Shown: positions 45,357 through 58,105, counted from the stretch's first letter. The stretch: 64,000 bases of DNA from Octopus sinensis (GCF_006345805.1 NC_043015.1:9052001-9116000), one strand, 5' to 3'. Numbers and translations are program-made. The notes: generated by a model not told the origin, from the letters alone.

Positions 45357-45735
45357 GGCGCAGGAGTGGCTTTGTGTAAGTAGCTACCTGACCAACCACA
45401 TGGTTCCGGGTTCAGTCCCACTATGTGGCACTTTGGGCAAGTGTCTTCTACTTGTGAGTGGAATTGGTAGAAAGAAACTGAAAGAATCCCGTCGTGTATA
45501 TCTATATATATATATATGTGTGTGTTTGTCTGTATGTTTGTCCCCACAAAATCGCTTGACAACCGATTCTGGTTTGTTCATGTCCCCGTAACTTAGCGTT
45601 TCGGCAAAAGAGATCAATATAATAAGTACTAGGCTTACAAAGAATACGTCCTGGGGTCGATTGGTCGACTAAAGGCGGTGCTCCCAACATGGCAGCAGTC
45701 AAATGACTGAAACAAGTAAAAGAGTAAAAGAATAT
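45357..45735 (+). mobile_element. Composite tRNA-derived SINE with an internal (TA/TG)n and a CCCCGTAACTTAGC tail
   Basis: Head GGCGCAGGAGTGGC...GGTTCCGGGTTCAGTCCC and tail ...GTCAAATGACTGAAACAAGTAAAAGAGTAAAAGA. Multiple related fragments occur in the window. Confidence 0.85.
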
Positions 45736-45740
45736 TATAT

Positions 45741-45854
<114 letters not shown>

Positions 45855-46002
45855 CATATATTCATGATCAAAATCTATGGATGGTTTAGCAGTTCGCTAA
45901 TGTGTATACAAAACATTAATAAAAACATATATGTATGTGTTATTGTTTTGTGCGTCTGCCTGCCTGTATACGTAAATTTAATAACAACTGTTTGCAACAT
46001 TC

Positions 46003-46033
<31 letters not shown>

Positions 46034-46041
46034 ATGCGTGC

Positions 46042-46086
<45 letters not shown>

Positions 46087-46220
46087 GGTAAAGTGTAAAA
46101 AAACGACAGAAGGCTTAAATGTTAAAAAATATATATATTTGTGTCAAAATGTCTGGAGAATATTGGAAAAAAAAATTTTTTTTTTCCTTTCCTTAAAATG
46201 ACATAATTTAAAATTTTTTA

Positions 46221-46260
46221 AAGAAATTACCGGTTTCGCGTGTAGCTTTTCAAATTTCTT
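46221..46260 (-). ncRNA. Minimal type I hammerhead ribozyme with a U3-A8 core variant (3' pLTR)
   Basis: Minus strand: AAGAAAT-TTGAAAA-GC(TACAC)GC-GAAA-C(CG)GTA-ATTTCTT. It has a perfect 7-bp stem I, 2-bp stem II, palindromic ACCGGT stem III and a GUA cleavage triplet. Confidence 0.72.
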
Positions 46261-46397
46261 GTGACGTTATGTTTATATTGCATGGAGTTATCGTTGTTTT
46301 TATTTCCAGGAGATTTCTAAATAAGGGGAGGTAGTGAGTGATTTCTTCCGGTGTAAGGGAGATAATCGCTTTAAATTTTTTTTTTCCCTTTTCCTTG

Positions 46398-49300
46398 TTA
46401 ATTTCTCTGTATGAGTATGTTCGGATGGTTGAGTCTGGGTTTGTACTTTTCAATGAAGAATGTTTCCTTGTTCAGTCTCATTTGTGTTGATGATCCGAAA
46501 GCACATTGGTAAAATGGGAAGATTAAAAATTGTGGCAGTAGTTGCTTTGCGCATTTCTCAATGTGCTCACTAAAAGGTATCATTCTATATTCTGGGAATG
46601 CAATCTGTTGTCGATGCAGTGTGCATCTACGCCTGAGTGATAGTCCCGTGGAACCCACGTAGTCTTGGTGGCAGCCCGACCATTTAATAACATAAATTAT
46701 GTTTTAAGAGGCACAAGTAAAGTTAGATTTGATCTTAAATTTCTGTTCCTCTTTAAAGAAGAATTCTGATCCTTCCAATAGGTTAGGACATGTTGCACAG
46801 TTCGATCTACCACATTTTTTTACTTTTGCATCCGTAATTTTAGAAGACAATTTTGCCTTTGTGAGAATCTTTTTAAGTGATTTAGGCTGTTTGTAGCTTT
46901 TAATGATTTGGTGTATGTTTAGAATTTCCTTAATTTTGGTTTTTATGAAGTAGTATTGGTAATTCTGGGTGATGATGGTGAAGGCTTCTTTGTTTCTGGG
47001 TTGTATGTAGATATGTAAGGTAGTATTTTCGGGAAGGTGTGTGTTGTGTTGAATTTTCTAAAGTTTCTATGTTGATTTCTGTTGCACGAGCTGGGTGTGG
47101 GTAATGTCTGTCAATAGGGTGTTTTTGAGTTCTTGCAGTCTAAAGTTCCTGGTATTTTGTTCTGACACTATTGTGCATATGCTTCTTGCAAGGTTGAAGG
47201 GGATGTTTGTTTTAGTGTGTCTTGGGTGGCATGAATTAAAAAGAAGGTATTGTTTGGCGTCTGTGGCTTTGTAAAAAATGTCTGTTTCTATTTTAAGGTT
47301 AATTTTTTAATTAGTATATCCAAGAACGGGAGCTCTTTTGGTTGTATTCCATTTGAACTGTATATTTGGGTTTATGCTGTTCAATAGGTTTTTAAATTTT
47401 AGGAGTCTATCTATGTTTTCATTCCAGAGAATGAAACAATCGTCTAGGAATCGTTTCCAATTCTCTTTTATGTATTGAGAGAGGGAGTTTCCAAAGATTA
47501 ATAGAGATTCCTGGTAAATGATTATTTCCATGTATCCCATTGTTAAGTTCGCAATGACTGGTACTGCCCTTGTACCCATAGCAATTCCGGATTTTTGACG
47601 GTAAAATGTATTGTCAAACATGAAGTGGTTATTGTGTAGGATGAATTCAATTGATTTAGTAATGAATTCCTTACTGATCCTTTTTTGCATGTCTTCCGGA
47701 AATTGGCCTAACCAGAATTGTATTGCCTCCAGTCCATAATTATGAGGTATACTGGTATACAAGTTGACTACATCAAATGAAACCAGGATTGTTTCTTCCT
47801 TGTTTTTTTTTGGAAGGTGGTTTAACATATCTAAGTCATCTCTGATATGGCTATCGATATGTTTAAGGAAGGGTTTCAAGAGGATGTCCATAAGTAGACT
47901 TAGTCTGTGTGTTTCACAGGTTGGGCCAGCTACAATGGTGTCGTAGTTTTAGGTCCCCCGGATTAGGTGTGTGTATGTATGTCTTTGGTGATTTTTTAAT
48001 GGTTTCATTTATAATTTGACTTTTATGAATTTTTGGCAGACCATAGAAAAGGCTAGGTTTGCATTTAAAGTTTGTTAGGAAATCAATCTCTTTGGTTGTC
48101 AGTTCCTTTTCATGGGTTTTAATTAGTGAAGATAGAGTTTTCATTATTTTTTGTGGGGTGTAGTTGGTAATTTTTTCATAATGTCGGTCTTCATCAAGCA
48201 AGGAAATTACAAGATTTCTGTAGTATGATGTATCCATTATTACAACTGCATTCCCTTGTCCGCTTACTTAATGGTTATATCTTCATCATTTTGGAGTTCT
48301 ATCAATTCTTTCCATTGTGTAGTGTTAAAATTTGGGTTAGCTTTCTGTTTATGTATAGTATGGTAGGGGAAGTTCTCAATGTGGTTACAGAATTCGTCAA
48401 GATCTTTATTTCTTCCTCTGTGTGGGATGTGTTCACTTTTGTTCTTGACTAGTGATTCATCTTCAGTATTGAAACTGTTTGATGCTTCTGCTAGTCTTAA
48501 TTTTCTGCAAAATTCTGTTATATTATCCTTGAGTTCATTTAGGTTTGCTCTGCATGGAGTTGGTGTAAATTTGAGCCTTTTTGCGAGGATGTCAATTTTT
48601 ATGTTAGAAAGAGGTTTGGTTGAAAGATTGATTATCTTCGGTTTTTCCTTATTACTAGGTTCCAGCCTCTGTCCTGGTGTCCCTGGTCCCTGGCTAAAAA
48701 ATGTTGGGTGTATTTTGTTTGTATGAGTTGTCTGTGATGTTGTGTGGTATTTGGTCGGGGGAGTGGTGGTATTGTTGCCTCCGATCGTTGTGTGTGTGAG
48801 GGAATCTATGGTTGTTAATGCTTGTGGTGTGTGTAAAATTTCTGTATGGGGAATATTTTGTTTCGAACTTCTTGTATGTGGGATGTTGCTTGACATAGTG
48901 TTTCTTTGCGTTTGTCTTGTGTTTAGTGGGACCAGTAGTTTTGGTTCATGGGGTAGTAGTGATTTGTGTGTGGTGTATTTCTTATCCTAGTGTCGTATTG
49001 TGCTGTATGGTGGTTGGGTCTGGTATTAGGATGCTGTTGGTTTGTTCTGTTTTTGGTGTGTAATTTCTTTCATAGACGCGTCCTCTTTCAGCTAGTTCCC
49101 TGTTAAGTCTAGCGTGGTTTGTAAAGGTTGGTTGTGGGTGATTTCTGTTTTTAGTGTATGGGGGATAGTTGGGGGTTGTTCGTGGGTTGTTAGGTTTTTC
49201 TTTTTTATTTATTGTAATTTTCTTAAGGAAGGGATTATTTGTACCAATTCATTTTTGAAGGTTCACTATATTTTGAAGAAGTCCATGTTTTTCTCCAGCG

Positions 49301-49995
49301 TAGGAGAGAATTTTCTCTCTTCTCTCTCACAGGAATCCTTCCAGTGATCCAATGTATTATCGAGGGGTTGTCCCTCGGTATGTTTTAGTATTAGATTGTG
49401 CATCTCCTCGTCTATGCTTTTAAGTTTTTCTTCATTTGTGGAGGCCCTGAGTCTTAGAAGCTCTATTTCTGATTTAAATTGAACAGAGCTGACTTTTCTC
49501 TAATAGATCTCTGTCCGTCAGGCTCGTTAGGAATTAATTTTATCTGGAATTTGCGTGGAAGGATAATTGGAGTTGAGTTATCCATCCCTCGTAGATATCT
49601 GCTTTGTTGGAATTTTTTATCATGTTCCAGAAGGTGAGTTTTCTGTTGTGCAGGTTTGTATTCCAAACGTTTCCTATTTTTCTTTGTTTTGTTGGGTTGG
49701 TTTGGGTGCGTATGGTGTCCTGCTGTGTTTCATTAGGTGCCTGTGTATTATTTTCGGATTTGTTGATGAAAATTGAGTTCAGTGTTGTATATAACAGTTG
49801 TAGATCCTTACTCACCTGGTCAGTGTAGCGGGTTGCATCTTCATTGCTTTTACTTTCCCGGGCGAGTAAGTTTGATTCCTCGATTTTGTTGTTCAGGTTA
49901 AGAAGCTGTGAATTAATATTTTTCAGTTCTTTGAGTATGTCCTCATTTAAGGTTTTGTCCGAGGTGTTTTGACTTCTGTGGATTTTCGTTCTCAC
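46398..49995 (-). pseudogene. PLE polyprotein (RT + C-terminal GIY-YIG endonuclease), disrupted by frameshifts and stops
   Basis: SFDVVNLYTSIP, QKSGIAMGT, WKRFLDDCF (RT). IIYVIKWSGCHQDYVGSTGLSLRRRCTLH and ETFFIEKYKPRLN (GIY-YIG). It is split across ORFs 49540..49995, 48264..48896, 47914..48237, 47307..47891 and 46398..46658. Confidence 0.92.
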
Positions 49996-50191
49996 GTGTT
50001 TAATATATAGGTAGAAGAAAGTTTGTTTGGTAAAGCACGTGGGTGAATATATAAGAAAATGGTAAAGTGTGAAAAAACGACAGAAGGCTTAAATGTTAAA
50101 AAAATATATATTTGTGTCAAAATGTCTGGAGAATATTGGAAAATTTTTTTTTTTTTTTCCTTTCCTTAAATGACATAATTTAAAATTTTTT

Positions 50192-50230
50192 AAGAAAATT
50201 ACCGGTTCGCGTGTAGCTTTTCAAATTTTT
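50192..50230 (-). ncRNA. Degenerate copy of the pLTR hammerhead (GAA instead of GAAA)
   Basis: AAAAAT-TTGAAAA-GCTACACGC-GAA-CCGGTA-ATTTTCTT. Confidence 0.5.
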
Positions 50231-50595
50231 GTGACGTTATGTTTATATTGCATGGAGTTATCGTTGTTTTTATTTCCAGGAGATTTCTAAATAAGGGGAG
50301 GTAGTGAGTGATTTATTCGGTGTAAGGGAGATAATCACTTAAAATTTTTTTCCTTTTTCCTTGTTAATTTCTCTGTGGAGACTGAACAAGGAAACATTCT
50401 TCATTGAAAAGTACAAACCCAGACTCAACCATCCGAACATACTCACACAGAGAAATTAACAAGGAAAAGGGAAAAAAAAATTTTAAGCGATTATCTCCCT
50501 TACACCGGAAGAAATCACTCACTACCTCCCCTTATTTAGAAATCTCCTGGAAATAAAAACAACGATAACTCCATGCAATATAAACATAACGTCAC

Positions 50596-50635
50596 AAGAA
50601 ATTTAAAAAGCTACACGCGAAACCGGTAATTTCTT
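50596..50635 (+). ncRNA. Degenerate copy of the pLTR hammerhead in the inverted pLTR (G5>A)
   Basis: AAGAAAT-TTAAAAA-GCTACACGC-GAAA-CCGGTA-ATTTCTT. Confidence 0.5.
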
Positions 50636-50810
50636 AAAAAAATGTTAAATTATGTCATTTTTTTTAAGGAAAGGAAAAAAAATTTTTCCAATATTTCTCC
50701 AGACATTTTGACACAAATATATATTTTTTAACATTTAAGCCTTCTGTCGTTTTTTCACAGTTTACCATTTTCTTATATATTCACCCACGTGCTTTACCAA
50801 ACAAACTTCT

Positions 50811-50910
<100 letters not shown>

Positions 50911-50978
50911 TATATATATATATATACATAATATATATATATATATATATATATACATATTATATATATTATATACAC

Positions 50979-51013
<35 letters not shown>

Positions 51014-51249
51014 CAAAAATACGGGTGAAAAAATGGATATTATTTAATAACATCAATTTAACACAAGTGGTTTAGCGCATAAAACTGGGATTAATACACA
51101 AATATGAGAGAGGATCCACTATGTGGATGCTCTTGCGCTACAAATAGATCCGCAATGGTCTCAACCACCAAGCAGTGTTCCCAAGGAGAATTAACACAAC
51201 TATGAACGTAAGCGAGCAGGACTAATGAAAAATAACAAAAATGTAGATT

Positions 51250-51328
51250 AATTGTAGACAATTGTTTCGCTATTAAGGAATTATGCAAGTTTACTTACAC
51301 AATAAATCCACAGCTCATCAGTAGAATT
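51250..51328 (-). ncRNA. Type I hammerhead ribozyme (one stem I mismatch)
   Basis: AATTCTA-CTGATGA-GCTGT...ATAGC-GAAA-C(AATT)GTC-TACAATT. Confidence 0.78.
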
Positions 51329-51660
51329 CGTCATGAACATAATTTGCTAAACTGCACGCGTGCACATAGTGGATCCCCTCTTATATTTGTGTATTAATAT
51401 TTACTGAATCCCATTTTTTATGCGCTAAACCACTTGGTGTTAAATTGATATTATTAAATAAATATCCAATTTTTTCATCCTTATTTTTGATTTTAATTAT
51501 ACTTCAGTAAATTATTTATGCAGTATTTGCTTCCGAAATTTTTGGCGCACTATAACGAGGGCATTCGTATCATAACAGCGAATATAATAGGCTGAGCTAC
51601 ACGTGTGTTTGACTTTATGTTTAAATCTGGCGTGCAGTTCAGCAAATTATATTCATGACG

Positions 51661-51739
51661 AATTCTACTGATGAGCTGTGGATTTATTTTCTACGTAAAA
51701 CTACATAATCTACTAACAGTGAAACAATTGTCTAGAATT
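51661..51739 (+). ncRNA. Type I hammerhead ribozyme with a canonical core
   Basis: AATTCTA-CTGATGA-GCTGT...ACAGT-GAAA-C(AATT)GTC-TAGAATT. It has a perfect 7-bp stem I, palindromic ACAATTGT stem III, GUC cleavage after 51732 and a G10.1-U11.1 wobble. Confidence 0.82.
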
Positions 51740-51891
51740 AATCTACATTTTTGTTATTTTTCATTTTTCCTGCTCGTTTACGTTCATAGTTGTGCTAATT
51801 CTCCTTGGAAACAATTTTTGGTGGTTGAGACCATAGCGGATCTATTTGTAGCGCAAGAGTCGACCACATAGTGGACACTCTCTTATATTTG

Positions 51892-51929
<38 letters not shown>

Positions 51930-51947
51930 CGTGTGTGTGTGTGCATC

Positions 51948-51980
<33 letters not shown>

Positions 51981-52842
51981 GCAGTTAATTCGTGAATGTT
52001 CTTCACACTGATAAATTTATGTTAAAAATATAAAAGGTACAGGGATTGAGAAATTTATTATTGAGAATATGTGAGAGTGTTTAAATATTTACCTAATTAA
52101 GTAGCTTCCTGTGTCCTCTGCTTTAAAAATGCATTTTAGACTACCAAAGTAAAAACCTATACAAATGAAAAGTGAAATAAATTACTTCTTTCATGAACTG
52201 TTGGATAATCCTGCTACTAAAAAGAAACACTAAAAGAAAACTATTAGAAAAAAACACACATACAGTACAATATGATCTTCATGTAATGGAAATTTAACTG
52301 CCAGGATTAATAATCTGAAAGATTAATTTAATTTAGTTCATTTTGCATAATGTTTCTTTTAATTTAATTCAAGACTAAATCTTCTGATTAAAGCGATAAG
52401 AAGCTATTTCCTCAGTTAAAACTTTGAACAGCCAATTTTAAGCATTTTAACGTCTTCAACACATTTCCTATTTAACTTTATATATATATATATTATATAT
52501 ATATATATTATATATATTATATATATATATTATATATATATATACATATACAAATGATAAGAAGACAATGAAAATTCTTTAACAAATCTTCAATATTTCG
52601 TACAATTGTTACTGTACCAACTTTATTTGCAAATTGAGTTTAAGCAAAAATTTGAAATGAAAATTTACATAATGTTTCCGGTTTTAAATATTAGATAGGC
52701 ACTTGATGAGTCTTGCATCAAAGATGTGCTGTTACATCGTGCGTCTTCCAGACTTTTTCTGTCGGCCTCTATCGGGAGGAGACAAAAAGAACTAAATAAA
52801 AGTGTGATTAATTGGGTAGAGATTATGAAGGGGTGGGTCAAA

Positions 52843-52932
52843 AGGAAGAAGAAGAAGAAGAAGAAGAAGAAGAAGAAGAAGAAGAAGAAGAAGAAGAAGA
52901 CGAAGAAGAAGGAGAAGAAGAAGGAGAAGAAG
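52843..52932. repeat. (GAA)n microsatellite
   Basis: Visible repeat. Confidence 0.95.
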
Positions 52933-53816
52933 AATAAATACATCATATTGATAGATTAGGTAGCGCCACATAGAACAAATTGGTTTATCGTGTTCTATGC
53001 TCGTGTTCGGTCACTACAAACAGTTACGCTGTTACCAAAATTCATCTGATGGGTGAAAATTTGTTTGACCACCTGACAACATTCACCGGCGTCAACAGAA
53101 AGGGAAAAATATTAAATAGATAGCTTGAAGATTTCTCATATATCAAATAAGGAGAATATTTATGATGTTTGTGATCGTGGAGGCGTAGTGTTTTCTGTGG
53201 CATTTTAGCATAAACTGTCTGCCAGCAATCACATTTATTTAGTGATCCCAGAGTATGTAGCCAAAGAGAATACATGCAAAAAGAAAACCAAAAAAGAGGG
53301 AGTAATCTAATAGGGGTGTTTGTGCCCTTAAGTGTCGAAGGAGAAATTAGGAATTTAGAGTATTCACAAGAATTATAATCTATGTAAGTTAGAACAGGTT
53401 TGGGTACATAAATAAAATATATATTCGGAGAGTTAAGACTTTACGTTTTGAGATCAAATTGGCTTTTCATCGTTTCGGGATCAATAACTTAAGTACCAGT
53501 TCAGCACTGGGGTAGATGTAACGGGCATAATACCTCCCCCAAAATTGCTGGAATTCTGTCAAAATTTGAAATCAATATAACAATTCATAAACTCGGTGAG
53601 CTGGGGAAAGTGCATCGTCCATCAATAATTTGTGAGGTCAAATACCACCGAGATCGACTTTGGTAAAATAAGTACCCGATGAGCAATAAAGTCGAAGTAC
53701 GTGACTTTCCGCCCTCCCCACAATTTTTTTGTTTTTGTGCCAAATTTTGAAGCCAATGCACACACACACACACACCCACACACACACACCCACACACACA
53801 ATTGCACATACACACA

Positions 53817-53937
53817 TGGGCATATGGCGTAGTGGTCAAGAGAGCGGGCCACTGACCCGAAGATTCCGAGTTTGATTCCAGGCAGTGACCTGAATAATGG
53901 AAACAGCATCAATAATAATAATTCTAATATAATAATA

Positions 53938-53984
<47 letters not shown>

Positions 53985-54110
53985 TCTGAAAATACCGTAG
54001 GAATGTGAAGCCAGGTTCGAAATTCCGCCAAGATTGGAGAGTGTATCAGGCGGAACGTTGCGTTAACAAGAAACATGATGAGGACAAATATCCGTCAAAT
54101 GTAAATAATG
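53817..54110 (+). mobile_element. tRNA-headed SINE with an internal (AAT)n tract
   Basis: TGGCGTAGTGGTCAAGAG A-box-like and GAGTTTGATTCC B-box-like motifs, then (AAT)n and a unique tail. Confidence 0.75.
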
Positions 54111-54137
54111 CACATACTTCCTCATCTCTCAAATATA

Positions 54138-54373
54138 TATTTCTTTACTACCCACAAGGGGCTACACACAGAGGGGACAAACAAACGGATTAAGTCGATT
54201 ACATCAACCCCAGTGCGTAACTGGTACTTTATTTATCGACACCGAAAGGATGAAAGGCAAAGTGAACCTCGGCGGAATTTGAACTCAGAACGTAACGGCG
54301 GACGAAATACGGCTACGCATTTCGCCCGGCGTGCTAACGTTTCTGCCAGCTCGCCGCCTTGAAATATATTATT
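54138..54373 (-). mobile_element. Young full-length tRNA-derived SINE (family as 23468) with a 16-bp TSD
   Basis: Reverse-complement match to 23468-23705. TSD TCATCTCTCAAATATA at 54122-54137 and 54374-54389. Confidence 0.9.
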
Positions 54374-54852
54374 TCATCTCTCAAATATAGAACTGAAACG
54401 TAACGGACTTGTGTTGCATTAGTAGTGAAAAGGAAAATTTGAACTTGAAATACGATTCTTAAAAATATTTCTATTAAATATTTTAATTGAGTGTTGTGCA
54501 TGTGTAGACAAATTATTTCAATATTAATAAATTACTTCCAGATAATATTTATAGATTCCGTAGGTATCACGGCAATTTTCTTTCCCTATTGTGCCACGAC
54601 GACAACGCAATTTAGCCATATATATTTTTTCTATTATGCACAGACCGATAACTAATTCGCGCACAACCGACTCGTACATGAATATATCTACTTCGTTGGA
54701 CATTAAAAGATTTCTCATAGAGATTCGTTTTAACGGGAAGTTGCGGAGAATGCGTCCTCAAATAAAGCTTTCCGCAATCTAGAAATTATTATCGAGCAAT
54801 ACGCTGCTTTCACACAAATATATACATACATACATACATACATATATATATA

Positions 54853-54964
<112 letters not shown>

Positions 54965-55203
54965 AAGGATGCATATGTATTGTAGAAATGTGCCGGTGAG
55001 TGAAGCCTTAGTCGATTACAGAGCGGAAATAAGAAATAAGTTGCCAGAGGAATGGAATCTATGAACTCCATTAGCTTCCAGTTGTATCTAATGTGAATGG
55101 ACTGGTCTCATAATTAAGTGCCTGAGAGGCACATTACAGCCTCTTCGGAAGAAACAGTTGAAAACTTATGAAGTTCCAAAGATAATCGTCCATTCTTTTA
55201 TCA

Positions 55204-55684
<481 letters not shown>

Positions 55685-56139
55685 ATATATATATATTATA
55701 TATATATATATATTATATATATATATATATAATATATATATATATTCACACACGTATATATATATATATACACACGTGGATGTGTGCAGAAGGTAGAAAA
55801 GTAACAGATGAGTTGATATGTATAAGGAAAGTAAGACAAATTAGAAAATGCGAAAATAATATTTACATGAAGTTAGCTTCTTGTAGAAATGTTGAACTAA
55901 GAGTAAAATAGGAAAAAAATAGTTAAATTGGAAGGAAAAGTTTTAAGTCAAATGTTTTGTTCATATTCGTCTGTCTTTAATTAGCAAAGTATTTCCAGTC
56001 TTCAGATATTCCCCCTCTCGTTCTATTCCTTTGTGAATTCCTCGTAGGTGGGTAGTAGTAAATCTGAAGGAATAGTGTGAGTGCAGAGAATTAATGGTTT
56101 AAGCAGAAGCAGCCAGAGGGAAAAAGGGAATAAAAAGAA

Positions 56140-56360
56140 GGAGGATGAGAAGAAGAAGAGAAAGAAGAAGGGAAAGAAGATGAAGAAGAAGAAAAGAATG
56201 AAGTGGAAGAAAAAGAAGAAGAAGAAGAATATGATGATGAAGAAGAAGAAGAAGAAGAAGAAGAAGAAGAAGAAGAAGAAGAAGAAGAAGAGAAGAAGAA
56301 GAGAAGAAGAAGAAGACGAAGAAGAAGAAGAAGGAGGAGAAGATGAAGAGGAATATGAGT
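56140..56360. repeat. (GAA)n-rich purine tract
   Basis: Visible repeat. Confidence 0.95.
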
Positions 56361-57679
56361 AGAAGTAGTGAAAAACGGGAAAGAGAAATACGGAAAGAAA
56401 AGAAAAATGCAGGAGTGCTGTGACAGTAAATCTTTCGGGGAATTTTCTTTAATAGTGAAATGACTTAAAAGGGAACTGTTGCGCTCTTAGAAGAAGTGGT
56501 TGGAATTGTTCTAAATTCTTGTATTAGTTTCAAATATGTTGGGGGTAGCATTTTCTCTGAATTTATACAGGGGAATAATTCTAAAGTTGGGTTGTTCGTT
56601 AGTGCCACAAATATTGATTTGCTCGCTTAATTTTCCTGTATTCTTGTATCCTAATCCGGTATCACTCTAACGTAATCCGGCATTACTGTAACGTCATCCT
56701 CTGGCGTAAACTGTTTTTAGCTTGACCATATTCTATCACAAAAATTCCTGCTCTAACCATCAACTCTCTGTACTCAAACTATTCCGTCAGATTTACTACT
56801 ACTCACCTACGAGGCATTTATAGAGATAGAGATATTTAAAGACTATGGTAAAATCTACAAAACATTTCACTTTATATTTTTCTCCAATTTCATTGCTTCT
56901 TATTTTATACTCTTGGTCGAATATGTCTAAAAGACGGAAAACGGTACTAAAATGTACTTTTTGATAACATTGTTTCCGCATGTTCGAGAATCTGAAGCTA
57001 CTTACATGATTTTGTACGTGATTTTGTTGTAAAATACATAATGTATGTAACATAATGTTTTGTGTCTGCTTCTCAGAGAATCAAAGCTACTTATTTATAT
57101 ATAATGTTGTCTGCTCTGTTATATATATGATCACCTGCCATTATATTATAATAGATTTTATGAAATGTAATTCCAATAGATAACGACAATGTTTAATTTT
57201 CCGTAAGAAAGACTCAAAACTATTTTAAAACAAAGGAAAATTATTCGTCTATGCACTCCCGTTTGATATAATCGTTTCGTTACAATCTTTATGCTCACAA
57301 CAATTCTTGTTGCGTTCATTAAAGTCACAGAAGTGAATAATCTATTTGCTATTTGTCGGAAGCCACATCATGTACCTGCAGCATATTTCATTTCCGTTCT
57401 TTTTCCCCATTAAAAAAAATACGCGTTAAACCAATTAATCGCAATAAAAAAAAAATTAAAGAAATCTATGCTCACCTATTTTGTATGAATTTTCATGTTT
57501 TTCATTTTTCTTCTTTGAAAAAAGTCTTGAGCATGAATGGATACAATCGTCTGTGCCGGATACAATCGGTCGGTAAAACTATGACAAGAAAGCACAACAA
57601 AAAATATGAAAAGTAAAACATTGGAAAATTAACTTTATTTTATTCGTTCACATTTTCTTAGAATGTTACAAAGCATTTG

Positions 57680-58105
57680 AAGGCAGCGAGTTGGCAGTAT
57701 TATTAGTGCACAAATGCTTAGAGTTATTTCCTCCGTTTCTGCTTTCTACGTTCAAATTCAGCCGAAATCGTCTTTGCCTGTCATCGTTTCGGTGTCGAAA
57801 AAATAACTACCAGTTAATCATTGGTGTCGATATAATCGACTTAACCCGTTTGCCTGTCCTTGTTTATCCCTTCAATGTTTTGCCCCTTGTGGGTAGTAAA
57901 TAATTAAGTATTATTAGAGAGCAAATGCTTAGAGTTACTTCCTCCGTTTTTGCATTCTATGTTCAAATTCAGCCGAAATCGTCCTTGCCTGTCATCGTTC
58001 TGGTGTCGAGAAAATAACTACCAGTAAAACATTGGTGTCGATATAATCGATTTACGCCTTTCCTGAAATTGCTGGCCATGTGCGAAAATTTGGAATCAAT
58101 ATTCC
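57680..58105 (+). mobile_element. Two tandem decayed SINE copies
   Basis: CAAATGCTTAGAGTTA...TTCAAATTCAGCCGAAATCGTC...GTCGATATAATCGA occurs twice. Confidence 0.75.

Larger units (their letters stand above)
46081..50808 (-). mobile_element. Near full-length Penelope-like retroelement, Neptune-type, with 3' pLTR, partial 5' pLTR and inverted pLTR
   Basis: pLTR copies at 46081-46489, 50019-50377 (direct) and 50378-50808 (inverted). The frameshifted ORF has an N-terminal domain, RT, thumb, CX4CX2C linker (CGRSNCATC) and GIY-YIG. Flanked by (TA)n and (CT)n(TA)n. Confidence 0.93.
51013..51892 (+). mobile_element. Non-coding miniature PLE-like element (inverted pLTR, partial pLTR, 140-bp spacer, pLTR)
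   Basis: 51363-51490 is the inverse of 51013-51125, and 51630-51892 is the inverse of ~51085-51359. The repeats carry hammerhead motifs. Flanked by (TA)n. Confidence 0.78.

Noticed and set aside
53817-53890. Possible tRNA genes here and at 39702 and 31250-31320
   Set aside because: Only A/B-box heads are present, with no complete cloverleaf acceptor stem, and they continue into SINE bodies.
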